Part shown: positions 1 to 9,320 of the stretch, piece by piece
Layout: every line of letters begins with the position of its first letter
Position numbering within the stretch: the first letter of the stretch is position 1
Origin: Syntrophorhabdaceae bacterium
GTDB lineage: Bacteria; Desulfobacterota; Syntrophorhabdia; Syntrophorhabdales; Syntrophorhabdaceae
DNA length: 64,000 nucleotides
Direction of reading: 5' to 3'
Assembly: GCA_035541755.1 (NCBI GenBank)
Contig: DATKMQ010000063.1
Span: 13,364 to 77,363 of the forward strand
Notes under the pieces: generated by a model
The model's database searches: none
The model's input: the letters and a program-made list of their open reading frames with translations, nothing else
What the model was told of the DNA's origin: nothing
Position numbers and translations under genes: made by a program

Positions 1-2
1 TG

Positions 3-152
3 GTGGCAGGGGTGAATCTACCCATGCTCATCAAGCTCGTCACCCTACGGGAAGAAAAGACTCTTGATGAGTTGGCCGCATTTATTACCCAGTATGGGCA
101 GAGGAATATCTGCCTCGCTACGGACGTTCTCAAGGCGCGGAAGAAGGAATAG
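3..152 (+). CDS. PTS EIIA component, mannose/fructose class (3' end only; gene begins upstream of window)
   Basis: Frame 3 is open from the window edge to TAG at 150-152 and reads VAGVNLPMLIKLVTLREEKTLDELAAFITQYGQRNICLATDVLKARKKE. The 'GVNLPML' segment is typical of EIIA-Man family. It lies directly upstream of ptsH-ptsI. Confidence 0.6.
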   Translation: MAGVNLPMLIKLVTLREEKTLDELAAFITQYGQRNICLATDVLKARKKE

Positions 153-157
153 CGTCC

Positions 158-424
158 ATGCTCGAGGGGATACTCACCATTAGAAACAGGCTTGGCCTTC
201 ATGCCCGTGCGGCTGCCACGTTCGTAAAAAAGGCAGCCGAATTCAAGGCTAACGTATGGGTAGAAAAAGACGACATGCAGGTGAACGGTAAGAGTATTAT
301 GGGCCTTCTGATGCTCGCCTGCCCTTTGGGCAGCAAGATAGTGCTCAAAACCGAAGGAGAGGACGAGAAGAAGGCTTTTGATGAACTTGAATCGTTAATT
401 AATGACGGGTTTCACGAAGAATGA
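158..424 (+). CDS. ptsH: Phosphocarrier protein HPr
   Basis: 88 aa. Active-site His context 'RNRLGLHARAA' and regulatory Ser region 'NGKSIMGLLML'. Confidence 0.9.
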   Translation: MLEGILTIRNRLGLHARAAATFVKKAAEFKANVWVEKDDMQVNGKSIMGLLMLACPLGSKIVLKTEGEDEKKAFDELESLINDGFHEE

Positions 425-2205
425 GTGACGAGCTATTCATTAGCAAACAGTTGAAGGGGTCCGGGGTTTCCTCGGGCATCGCCACGGGAAAGGTCTATCT
501 TCTCGACCGGGGGGCCATATCCATTCCCAAGCGCAGCATCAAGGATGTCTCCATAGAAAAGGAAATCCACCGCTTGAAGAATGCCATCCAAAGATCCGTA
601 GACGAGCTGAAAAGCATTCAGGAGACCATACCGGATGCCGATGTAAAGAAACATGCCTTTATTATCGACGCTCACATGATGATTCTTCAGGATGATTTCT
701 TCTCTCAGAGTGTTATCGATATGATCCGGCAGGAAAAGATAAACGCCGAGTGGGCCCTCGATATCGTGGTCTCCAAGTTCCGGGCGAGTTTCGACAAGGT
801 TGAGGATCCTTATCTTAGGGAGCGAGGCCAGGACATTAAACATATCTATGAGAGGCTCGCGAGGATTCTCGTAAAAGGAAAAACACCGGATATCGATACC
901 CGAAGCGTGAAAGGAAAGTCGATCATTATCGCCCATGACCTCTCCCCGGCCGACACCATCCAACTCAATTTGAACAGGATTTCCGGTTTCGTCACCGACG
1001 TGGGAGGACGGACTTCTCACACCTCCATTGTGGCGCGAGCCCTCGAAATTCCCGCCGTCGTGGGCGTGGGCAACATCACCAGTCTTGTAAAGAACAACGA
1101 TACGATTATCATTGACGGCGATGAGGGGGTTGTCATTATCAACCCCACGAAAGAGGTCCAGAAGGAGTATATAGCCAAGCAACTCCACTTAAGAAGCCAG
1201 AAGAAGGAGTTCTTGAAGGTAGCCCGTCTGAAATCAGAGACCAAGGACGGCTTCAAACTCAAGGTCGGGGCGAACATAGAGCTGCTCGCGGAGATGGACA
1301 TTGTAGAGAAATACGGGGCATTGGGCATCGGGCTCTACCGGACGGAATATATCTATCTGTCAAGAAAGGACTTGCCCACGGAGACAGACCATTATCAAAT
1401 ATACCGGAAACTGGCCGAAAATAGCGTGCTCCAGTATATGACCATACGGACCCTTGATATCGGCGGCGATAAATTTGTTTCGGAGATTAACGTGCCCAAA
1501 GAGATAAACCCCGCTATGGGTCTTCGGGCAATACGGTTGTGCATAAAGGAGGTCCCCCTCTTTAAGGCCCAGCTCATGGGCATCCTGAGGGCAAGCGCTT
1601 ATGGACCCTTGAGAATATTAATCCCCATGGTCTCAGGCATCGAAGAGGTGCGAAAGACCAAGGCGATCATAGCCGAGTGTATGGAAGAATTGAGTCGCAA
1701 ACGCATCGACTATAACAAAGACATTAAGCTCGGCATCATGATCGAGGTCCCCGCTGCCTGCCTCATGAGCGACCAGCTCGCCCAGGAAGTGGATTTTTTC
1801 AGCATCGGGACAAATGACCTCATCCAGTACACGCTCGCCATTGACCGCGTCAACGAATACGTCTCCTACTTGTATGAACCCCTGCATCCGGCGGTTATCA
1901 GGATGATCAAAAAATCCGTTGAAGATGCGCATGCGAACAAGATTGACATCGCCCTGTGCGGGGAAATGGCCGGGGAACCGCTCTATGCACCGGTTCTTCT
2001 TGGCCTGGGCCTTGACGAGATCAGTATGAACCCTTATTCGATCCCGAGGACCAAGAAGGTTATCCGAAGTCTTGATCATAGCTATTGCAGGGAACTCCTT
2101 GAGGAGATCATGAAAAAGGATTCCCCCAGGGAGGCGGAAGCCTTACTCAGAAACGAGATGTCACGGATGTTCCCCGGGGATTTTGCCAAGAGTCATGATG
2201 ATTAG
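421..2205 (+). CDS. ptsI: Phosphoenolpyruvate-protein phosphotransferase (PTS enzyme I)
   Basis: 594 aa. Phospho-His motif 'GGRTSHTSIVARALEIPAVVG' and PEP-binding TIM-barrel strings 'GLYRTEY' and 'SIGTNDLIQYTLAIDR'. ATGA overlap with the ptsH stop. Confidence 0.92.
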   Translation: MSDELFISKQLKGSGVSSGIATGKVYLLDRGAISIPKRSIKDVSIEKEIHRLKNAIQRSVDELKSIQETIPDADVKKHAFIIDAHMMILQDDFFSQSVIDMIRQEKINAEWALDIVVSKFRASFDKVEDPYLRERGQDIKHIYERLARILVKGKTPDIDTRSVKGKSIIIAHDLSPADTIQLNLNRISGFVTDVGGRTSHTSIVARALEIPAVVGVGNITSLVKNNDTIIIDGDEGVVIINPTKEVQKEYIAKQLHLRSQKKEFLKVARLKSETKDGFKLKVGANIELLAEMDIVEKYGALGIGLYRTEYIYLSRKDLPTETDHYQIYRKLAENSVLQYMTIRTLDIGGDKFVSEINVPKEINPAMGLRAIRLCIKEVPLFKAQLMGILRASAYGPLRILIPMVSGIEEVRKTKAIIAECMEELSRKRIDYNKDIKLGIMIEVPAACLMSDQLAQEVDFFSIGTNDLIQYTLAIDRVNEYVSYLYEPLHPAVIRMIKKSVEDAHANKIDIALCGEMAGEPLYAPVLLGLGLDEISMNPYSIPRTKKVIRSLDHSYCRELLEEIMKKDSPREAEALLRNEMSRMFPGDFAKSHDD

Positions 2206-2241
2206 CAGGTTTCTCAATTAAAAATAAACAGGAGGTACACA

Positions 2242-3402
2242 ATGGGAATGAGCAGGTTTCTTTATACATCAGAATCGGTGGCCGAGGGCCATCCCGACAA
2301 GGTTGCCGACCAGATATCGGACGCGATACTCGATACGATCATCGAACAGGACCCCAGAGCGCGGGTAGCCTGTGAATCATACGTTACCACCGGGCTCGCG
2401 CTGGTGGGCGGCGAGATCACCACAAGCGGTTACGCAAATATCCCTGAAATCGTGAGACAAACCGTCAAGGAGATTGGCTATAATGATTCGTCCATGGGTT
2501 TCGATTGGGAAACTTGTGCGGTCCTCACGACAATAGACGAGCAATCACCTGATATCGCAATGGGGGTGAATGAATCGACCGATCACGAACAGGGCGCCGG
2601 GGACCAGGGGCTTATGTTCGGCTACGCCTGCAACGAAACCCCCGAACTCATGCCAATGCCCATCATGTATGCCCACAAGCTCGTGATGCGGCTTGCCGAT
2701 GTTCGAAAGAAAGGGATTCTCAACTTCTTGCGGCCCGACGGCAAGAGCCAGGTGACCATCGAGTACATCGATAAGAAGCCGGCAAGGGTCGATTCTGTTG
2801 TCATCGCGGCACAGCATAACCCGGACGTGACCATCGAAAAAATCAGAGAAGGGATCACCGAAGAAGTGATTAAGAAGATTATTCCAGCCGAGCTCATGGA
2901 CGCCAAGACAAAGATCTATATCAACTCCACAGGGAGGTTTGTGGTGGGCGGCCCCAAAGGCGACTGCGGCATGACCGGTCGGAAAATTATTGTTGATACC
3001 TATGGCGGAGGCCGTCACGGCGGCGGCGCCTTCTCCGGCAAGGACCCCTCCAAGGTGGACAGGAGCGCATCATATATGGCCCGCTACATCGCAAAAAACC
3101 TTGTGGCCGCGGGTTTAGCCGATAAGCTTGAAATCCAGGTCGCTTATACCATCGGCGTGGCCAAACCTGTTTCCGTTATGATCGATACGGAGGGAACGTC
3201 AAAGATCAGCCCCGACAGAATCTCTCAGATCGTACTCGAACTCTTCGATCTGAGACCCAGAAGGATTATCGAGAAACTCGATCTGTTGCGGCCCATATAC
3301 AAAAAGACGGCCTGCGGGGGCCATTTCGGAAGAACCGAGAATACCTTTACCTGGGAAAAACTCGATATGGTCGAGGCGATCCGCAAGGCAGCCGGAATAT
3401 AA
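2242..3402 (+). CDS. metK: S-adenosylmethionine synthetase
   Basis: 386 aa with '[14 protein letters not shown]', '[12 protein letters not shown]' and '[16 protein letters not shown]'. SD AGGAGG lies upstream. Confidence 0.95.
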   Translation: MGMSRFLYTSESVAEGHPDKVADQISDAILDTIIEQDPRARVACESYVTTGLALVGGEITTSGYANIPEIVRQTVKEIGYNDSSMGFDWETCAVLTTIDEQSPDIAMGVNESTDHEQGAGDQGLMFGYACNETPELMPMPIMYAHKLVMRLADVRKKGILNFLRPDGKSQVTIEYIDKKPARVDSVVIAAQHNPDVTIEKIREGITEEVIKKIIPAELMDAKTKIYINSTGRFVVGGPKGDCGMTGRKIIVDTYGGGRHGGGAFSGKDPSKVDRSASYMARYIAKNLVAAGLADKLEIQVAYTIGVAKPVSVMIDTEGTSKISPDRISQIVLELFDLRPRRIIEKLDLLRPIYKKTACGGHFGRTENTFTWEKLDMVEAIRKAAGI

Positions 3403-3457
3403 TGAACAATCGGTCTCAACATGCAACACGAGCAGCACTATCAATACTTGGAGGTTT

Positions 3458-4786
3458 ATGATGGACTATGATGTGAAGGATATGAAGCTCGCCGACGCTG
3501 GTTTGGAGCGCATCCAGTGGGCTGAGAGAAGGATGCCTGTATTGAAAAAGATTGAGGAACGATTCAAGAAAGAAAAGCCGCTGAAAGGCGCGAGGATTTC
3601 CTGTTGTCTTCACGTGACCACGGAAACGGCAAACCTCGTGAAAACGCTGAAACAGGGCGGGGCCAGCGTGGCGGTCTGCGCGTCCAACCCACTGTCCACT
3701 CAGGACGACGTGGCAGCGGCCATCGTGAAGCACTTCAAGATTCCAACCTATTCAATAAAAGGTGAAAATGAGAGGCAGTACTACGAACATATTACGAAAG
3801 CGCTCGCTTTCATGCCCAACATTACCATGGACGATGGGGCCGACCTGGTCGGTGCGCTCCATATGATAGCCCTCGAAAAATATGACGCGCTTCATGACGC
3901 CATCAGGAATTGGGTCAAGAAACTCGATGCCAAGTCGAAAAAATCTCTGGTGGAGGGTGTTGCGGGCTCCATGGAGGAGACAACAACCGGTGTGATCCGC
4001 CTGAAAAGTATGGAGAAAGAAAATATCCTGCGCTTCCCCGTGGTGGCCGTGAACGATGCGCAGACCAAACACATGTTCGACAACCGCTATGGAACAGGCC
4101 AGAGCACGATCGACGGCATCTTGAGGGCGACAAACATCCTCTTTGCCGGGGCCACATTCGTTCTTGCCGGCTACGGCTGGTGCGGCAAGGGAGTATCTAT
4201 GCGGGCCAAAGGGCTTGGCGCCCACGTCATCGTCACAGAGGTCGATCCGCTTCGCGCGCTTGAAGCACACATGGATGGTTTTGAGGTCATGGAGATGGAC
4301 AAGGCAGCGAGGCTCGGGGATATTTTTGTCACAACCACCGGTGACATCCACGTTATCAGGAAAGAACACTTTAAAAAGATGAAAGACGGCGCAATTGTGG
4401 CCAATTCGGGCCACTTCAACGTGGAGATAGATATCGACGCGTTAGAGAAGATGAAGAAGTCGAAGAGGAGATTCAGAGAGTTCATCGATGAATACACGCT
4501 CACAGACGGAAAGAAAATATTTCTCCTCGGCGAAGGACGCCTTGTCAATCTCGCTGCCGCCGAAGGCCACCCCTCGGATGTCATGGATATGAGTTTTGCC
4601 AACCAGTCACTCTGCTCCGAATACATGTGGAAGAACGCGAAGAAGCTGGAGAAAAAGGTCTATTCCGTACCCAAGGAGATTGACCAGAGAGTAGCAATGC
4701 TCAAACTTGCGGCGTCCGGCGTTACTATCGACAGGCTGACAAGCGAACAGAAAAAATACCTCACATCCTGGGAGATGGGCACATGA
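3458..4786 (+). CDS. ahcY: Adenosylhomocysteinase
   Basis: 442 aa. '[11 protein letters not shown]', NAD-binding '[12 protein letters not shown]' and '[10 protein letters not shown]'. Confidence 0.95.
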   Translation: MMDYDVKDMKLADAGLERIQWAERRMPVLKKIEERFKKEKPLKGARISCCLHVTTETANLVKTLKQGGASVAVCASNPLSTQDDVAAAIVKHFKIPTYSIKGENERQYYEHITKALAFMPNITMDDGADLVGALHMIALEKYDALHDAIRNWVKKLDAKSKKSLVEGVAGSMEETTTGVIRLKSMEKENILRFPVVAVNDAQTKHMFDNRYGTGQSTIDGILRATNILFAGATFVLAGYGWCGKGVSMRAKGLGAHVIVTEVDPLRALEAHMDGFEVMEMDKAARLGDIFVTTTGDIHVIRKEHFKKMKDGAIVANSGHFNVEIDIDALEKMKKSKRRFREFIDEYTLTDGKKIFLLGEGRLVNLAAAEGHPSDVMDMSFANQSLCSEYMWKNAKKLEKKVYSVPKEIDQRVAMLKLAASGVTIDRLTSEQKKYLTSWEMGT

Positions 4787-5703
4787 TCAAGCTCCTCGTG
4801 GCAGGTACCGTGGCCTATGACTCCATTGAAACACCCTTTGGCAAAGTGGAGAACGTGCTTGGAGGCTCTGCACTCCACTTCACCAATGCGGCAAGTTTCT
4901 TCACTGATGTGGGCATCGTCGCCACGGTAGGGCGAGATTTTCAGCTCGATGATATCGCCTTTCTGAAAGAGCGTAACGTGGACATGGCTGGTCTCGAAGT
5001 TGACCGCAAGGGCAAGACATTCAGATGGCACGGGAAATACAATTTCGATCTCAACCAGGCCATCACGCTCAAGACCGAACTGAACGTTATTGAGAACTTC
5101 AAACCCAGAGTGCCTGAGGACTTTCGTGAGGCAGAGTTTCTTTTCCTCGCCAATATCGATCCGGAATTGCAAGCTCACGTGATCAGTCAGGTGAAAGCAC
5201 CCACAGCCATCGTCCTCGATACGATGAATTTCTGGATCGAGAACAAGTTCGATCGCCTCATGGACGTCATAGAAAAGGTGCACATGGTCATCATCAACGA
5301 GGCTGAACTGAGAGAGATTTCAAAAGAGTACAATCTGGTCAGGGGGGCCCGCAAGCTGATTGCCCGCGGGCCAACCTGTGTGGTGGTTAAGCGAGGGGAA
5401 TACGGGGTCTTCATGATGAACGAAGAGGAAGTTTTTCTCGCGCCTGCTTTCCCGCTGGAGAGTGTCTTTGACCCTACGGGAGCCGGCGATACCTTCGCAG
5501 GTGGATTCATGGGATATCTCGCCAATGTGGGCGATGCGGGGTTTGAGACGATCAAACAGGCCATCGTTATGGGCACGGTCATGGCATCTTTCAACGTAGA
5601 GGACTTCAGTATCAACCGGATCAAAAAGCTGGAGTACGAAGAGATCAGGACGCGCTACTCGGCGTTCAAGGGGTGTATGCAGTTCGGTGAATGCACATTG
5701 TAA
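4783..5703 (+). CDS. PfkB-family ribokinase-like kinase, probably adenosine kinase of the methyl cycle
   Basis: 306 aa. PfkB signature '[17 protein letters not shown]'. ATGA overlap with the ahcY stop suggests co-translation with metK-ahcY. Confidence 0.75.
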   Translation: MIKLLVAGTVAYDSIETPFGKVENVLGGSALHFTNAASFFTDVGIVATVGRDFQLDDIAFLKERNVDMAGLEVDRKGKTFRWHGKYNFDLNQAITLKTELNVIENFKPRVPEDFREAEFLFLANIDPELQAHVISQVKAPTAIVLDTMNFWIENKFDRLMDVIEKVHMVIINEAELREISKEYNLVRGARKLIARGPTCVVVKRGEYGVFMMNEEEVFLAPAFPLESVFDPTGAGDTFAGGFMGYLANVGDAGFETIKQAIVMGTVMASFNVEDFSINRIKKLEYEEIRTRYSAFKGCMQFGECTL

Positions 5704-6071
5704 ATGATACCAATTGCTTTTTTGTGGCGGCCAAAGGCTCGTTCGGGAATCTCATCTGCGCCGCCGTTTATTGCCTACCACCGCGGCTCTCTATTCCGCT
5801 TGTGGTCTTCACGAATCAACTGGCCTCTCTTGAGAAGGTAAGCTTCCTTTGCAGTTTCCCATCGTCTTCTTGAATCAAGATCTATTTGAAGTGTTCCGAG
5901 CATTCCGTTTGCCCATTCTCGATATTTGGGCGTATCGGGATGCCCTTTCTTGCGTCCTTAATATTCAGCTTCGAATACGATCACAGGATGGAAGCTGCAT
6001 AAGATGCGGGTTAACATTAATGGCTTGACGGAGGCGAGGCGCGAAACTACCTTATATGTAAGGAGGAGAAT

Positions 6072-6429
6072 ATGGGGAATCCCTTTGTTCACGTGGAGCT
6101 GCATACGCAGGATGCTGCAAAGGCAAAAGAGTTCTACGGTGCGTTGTTTAACTGGACGCTCGAGGATGTACCGGAGATGGACTATACCGTAATCAAGGTA
6201 GGGGAGGGTACGGGGGGGCATTATGAAGAGCCCCATGCCGGATGCGCTGCCTCAATGGGTGCCCTATGTGCTGGTCGATGACATCGCTAAATCGACCGAA
6301 AAGGCGAGGGGGCTCGGCGCCACGATCCTCGCGGAGGTCACTGAAATCCCCGAGGTAGGTTATTTCAGTATGATGCTCGATCCCACGGGTGCGGCCTTTG
6401 CGTTGTTTCTTCCGACAACGCCCATGTAA
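6072..6429 (+). pseudogene. VOC (glyoxalase/bleomycin-resistance fold) protein interrupted by a +1 frameshift
   Basis: ORFs 6072..6281 and 6223..6429 read as the two halves of one ~118-aa VOC protein ('FVHVELHTQDAAKAKEFY...' and '...PQWVPYVLVDDIAKSTEKARGLGATIL'). The frames switch at the G7 run 6212-6218. Confidence 0.7.
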
Positions 6430-6626
6430 AGCGGGATTAAAGCGAGAGGAATCGCACTGCCATCTTCCTGTCAGCTTGATCGCTGATATACGTCTTGCAT
6501 ACCCTGAGCACTGTGGAAGGGTACTTCTTTTGGAGGGCGCCCGGATAGGGGACGGTTTAATATGCCGATGAGGCAATCATGGCACTACGCATGTCTTTGC
6601 CTATCACGATTCCCGTGTGAGATCTC

Positions 6627-8264
6627 CTATGCAAAGTCCCCGGTACTGTAAGAGAGCTCGAGGATGCGTTCGATGCGGAAGGTTCTCTCGCTCATGCGAA
6701 GGCGGCAGTAGGCGCGAAGTCCCTCAAAGGCCTTGCCTTTGTAATGCATCTTTTCGAGAGCGATAGGCCGCACCGTTCGCGTGGACTTTGTATCGTCCGG
6801 TTTCAGGTAGGTGACTTCCAGATCCATGCCCCGCCGTATGGCGTCCTCAATAATGCTTCGCTTCTCATCAACGCCTGCGGCCTCCTCCGCCTTTCGGTAC
6901 TTGAGACTCGTCAAGAATCTGACCACCCGCCAGTCCATGCGGATCTGCGCCTTGGTGATCGTTCTCTTGAGCACGATGCCTTCAAAACTGACGCAGCGGC
7001 TGAGCGCCACATACACCTGCCCGTGGGCGAAGGCGCCCCGGCCCGTGTCGATGATAACACTGTCGAAGGTCTTTCCCTGACTCTTGTGGATGGTTACGGC
7101 CCAGGCCAGGCGGATCGGATATTGAGTGAAGGAACCAGCTTTGCGCGTGGCGATCCGTTTTGTCGATCTGTCATAGAGATACTCAAAGATCTCCCAGGTA
7201 TGAGGTATGACCGGTACGGTTCCACCGTGTTCGAGCTCCACGAGGACTGCCCTGTCTTCCTCTTCATCCTCTCCTATGCCGAGGACCATGCCGAGGCTGC
7301 CGTTCACCCACCGACCGAATTTATCGTTATTGACGAGCATGATCTGCGCGCCCACTTTCAACTTCAAGCTCTCTTCGGCAGGAAGTGACGATTTGTCAAA
7401 GGCCCCGGTCAAGGCGCCGCCAAACTCCATGATCTGACCCGGCAATTCATTCAGTTTTTCAAAATTTTCCTGCACGGCGAGGTCGTTGGTGCTCGTAAGG
7501 GTGATAGAGAACCGGTCATCGGGCGCCGTGTAATCGGGCAGGCAGCGCTCGTTTAATCTTTCTATATCTTGCCCTGTACAGGTCCTGTTGCGGATGGCAT
7601 TGAGGAGCGCTATGAAATCCGGGTCTGTCTGCCGATATACTTTTTCCAGCTCGATGAACTCCATGTCGAAGCCTGGCTCTGTGAAGACCTGGGCGGAAAA
7701 GAAATAGGGCGACTCGTAGCGGTGGCTGAATATCTCCCTTTCCCCCGCGGTAACCACCGGCGGAAGCTGATACAGATCGCCTATAAAAACCATTTGGATG
7801 CCGCCGAAGCATGCGCCCCGTGAGGGGCCGTTCAAGCGGAGAAATTTCTCGATGCAATCGATGAGGTCGGCTCTGACCATGGAGATCTCATCGATGATGA
7901 TGGTATCGAATTGCCTGTAAAGATGGCCGTCTGCGCCGCTCACTTTTTTTATCTTTTCCGGGGTAACATTCGGCTTGAAATTGAAGAAGGAGTGTATGGT
8001 GTGACCTTCGATGTTCAGGGCCGCAACGCCGGTGGGGGCAAGAACTGCCACCTCCTTTGCGGTCGTGCGCCGGAAATGGTCGAGAAGCGTGGATTTACCC
8101 GTACCCGCCTTTCCCGTGATGAAGGCGTGTTGGGTCGTGTTCTCCATGATATGAAGTGCCCGACGGAATTCTGGATTTACGTCGATTGTGCGCTCGTTGC
8201 GGCCGTCTTTCATGGGCTTTGCCTGATTGGTCGCGCGTTCATGGAGGCCTTGAGGGCGGCACAC
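6627..8264 (-). CDS. SF1B Pif1/RecD-like DNA helicase with C-terminal WYL-like domain
   Basis: Walker A 'GKAGTGKST', 'IIIDEISMV', 'GDLYQLPPV' and 'AVTIHKSQGKTFDSV'. The C-terminal 'RTVRPIALEKMHYKGKAFEGLRAYCRLRMSERTFRIERILEL' fits the WYL-domain pattern. The true start may be Met18 (about 8213). Confidence 0.8.
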   Translation of the reverse strand: MCRPQGLHERATNQAKPMKDGRNERTIDVNPEFRRALHIMENTTQHAFITGKAGTGKSTLLDHFRRTTAKEVAVLAPTGVAALNIEGHTIHSFFNFKPNVTPEKIKKVSGADGHLYRQFDTIIIDEISMVRADLIDCIEKFLRLNGPSRGACFGGIQMVFIGDLYQLPPVVTAGEREIFSHRYESPYFFSAQVFTEPGFDMEFIELEKVYRQTDPDFIALLNAIRNRTCTGQDIERLNERCLPDYTAPDDRFSITLTSTNDLAVQENFEKLNELPGQIMEFGGALTGAFDKSSLPAEESLKLKVGAQIMLVNNDKFGRWVNGSLGMVLGIGEDEEEDRAVLVELEHGGTVPVIPHTWEIFEYLYDRSTKRIATRKAGSFTQYPIRLAWAVTIHKSQGKTFDSVIIDTGRGAFAHGQVYVALSRCVSFEGIVLKRTITKAQIRMDWRVVRFLTSLKYRKAEEAAGVDEKRSIIEDAIRRGMDLEVTYLKPDDTKSTRTVRPIALEKMHYKGKAFEGLRAYCRLRMSERTFRIERILELSYSTGDFA

Positions 8265-8273
8265 ACGTAAGGC

Positions 8274-9221
8274 TCATTGAACGGCCGGCTTAATGATTAC
8301 CCTGCCTTCTGTCGCATCAAGTACAGCGCGGGCGCCCACAGGGATGGTCAGTTTCTTTGTCACATGGCCGAATGCGAGACCGAAAATGCAGGGAATATTG
8401 AGAGACGTTATGCGGTCTTTGATGATATCCATGAGGGTGACGCCGTATTTTTGGTAGGCGTCGCGTTTCAAGTAGCTGCACCTCGTAAACGTCCCGAATA
8501 TTATACCTTTGGCTTGTTGTAGTTTGCCCGCAAGTATGAGTTGCATAAGATACCTGTCTATACGATGCGGTTTTTCATCCACATCCTCGAAGAAGAGGAT
8601 CTTATCCCTGGTGTCCAGTTCGTACGCGGTGCCAAGCGTTGCCGCGGCGATGGAGAGGCATCCTCCTGCAAGCAGGCCTTCAGCTTTACCCGCGCAAACG
8701 GTGAGGATCTCTCTGTTCACCGGATTTGTGAGCTCTAACGGTTTTTCGGTCTCAGTGATCGCATTAAGGAAGTTGTTTCTGGTGTAAGGGCTTAGGTCTT
8801 TGCCGAAATCTGTAGAGACCATGGGACCGTAAAACGTTACGAGCCCGGTTTGGTTGAAGATGGCGATCTCGATGGCCGTAATATCGCTGTAGCCTACAAA
8901 TATTTTCGGATTATCCCTGACTATCGAGAAATCGATGTAGGGAAGTATCTGTGACGTACCTGTGCCGCCGCGACTGCAAAAAATCGCCTTGACCGATTTA
9001 TCTTGAAATGCCGCGTTGATATCATCGGCGCGCTTTTGCGCCTCACCGGCAAAAAGCAGATGTTTGTTGTGAACGTATCTGCCCGCGGTCACATTAAAAC
9101 CCATGCTCTTTAGCGCGAGGCTTCCCCGCTCGTAGCAAGACTCTGTGAGTGTCGGCGAGGCGGGAGAGACGATACAGATTTTATCGCCCCGTTTGAGCGC
9201 CTTTGGCTTGACCGCTTTCAT
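8274..9221 (-). CDS. ldcA: LD-carboxypeptidase (peptidase S66, muramoyltetrapeptide carboxypeptidase)
   Basis: 315 aa. 'ICIVSPASP', 'CSRGGTGTSQILPYIDF' and nucleophile context 'FVGYSDITA'. Confidence 0.82.
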   Translation of the reverse strand: MKAVKPKALKRGDKICIVSPASPTLTESCYERGSLALKSMGFNVTAGRYVHNKHLLFAGEAQKRADDINAAFQDKSVKAIFCSRGGTGTSQILPYIDFSIVRDNPKIFVGYSDITAIEIAIFNQTGLVTFYGPMVSTDFGKDLSPYTRNNFLNAITETEKPLELTNPVNREILTVCAGKAEGLLAGGCLSIAAATLGTAYELDTRDKILFFEDVDEKPHRIDRYLMQLILAGKLQQAKGIIFGTFTRCSYLKRDAYQKYGVTLMDIIKDRITSLNIPCIFGLAFGHVTKKLTIPVGARAVLDATEGRVIIKPAVQ

Positions 9222-9270
9222 GAGCCGAATCTACCACAGACTGGCGCATGCCCGCAAGCCGAAAAGGTGA

Positions 9271-9278
9271 AAGATTTC
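9271..9278. repeat. Target-site duplication, left copy (AAGATTTC)
   Basis: Perfect 8-bp direct repeat of 11417-11424, immediately outside the left inverted repeat. Confidence 0.8.
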
Positions 9279-9303
9279 GGTAATATAATACTTGACATCC
9301 CCA
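9279..9303. repeat. Left terminal inverted repeat (GGTAATATAATACTTGACATCCCCA)
   Basis: Matches the reverse complement of 11392-11416 at 24 of 25 positions. Confidence 0.85.
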
Positions 9304-9320
9304 AGGGAGGGGGATAGAAT
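9292..9320 (+). promoter_or_regulatory. Putative sigma70-type promoter, TTGACA-17-TAGAAT, reading into the DUF3800 gene
   Basis: -35 TTGACA (9292-9297) lies inside the left IR. There is a 17-nt spacer, then -10 TAGAAT (9315-9320). Confidence 0.5.

Noticed and set aside
433-1188. Long antisense ORFs inside well-supported genes. Examples: 433..1188(-) in ptsI, 3752..4414(-) in ahcY, 19758..20384(-) in the NuoF-like gene, 31111..31962(-) in nfnAB, 57450..58532(-) and 60972..61568(-) in the megakinase.
   Set aside because: Each lies opposite a gene with strong family motifs along its full length. They have no SD or domain signatures. Such shadow ORFs are expected at this GC content.
2206-3457. 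Possible SAM riboswitch before metK or SAH riboswitch before ahcY.
   Set aside because: The spacers are only 36 nt and 55 nt, are mostly occupied by the SD, and lack the conserved riboswitch helices.
5775-5948. Minus-strand open frame reading GRKKGHPDTPKYREWANGMLGTLQIDLDSRRRWETAKEAYLLKRGQLIREDHKRNREPRW downstream of the PfkB kinase gene.
   Set aside because: It has no start codon at its 5' end (only an internal Met), no SD and no domain that I can recognise. It may be a gene fragment, but I cannot support a call.
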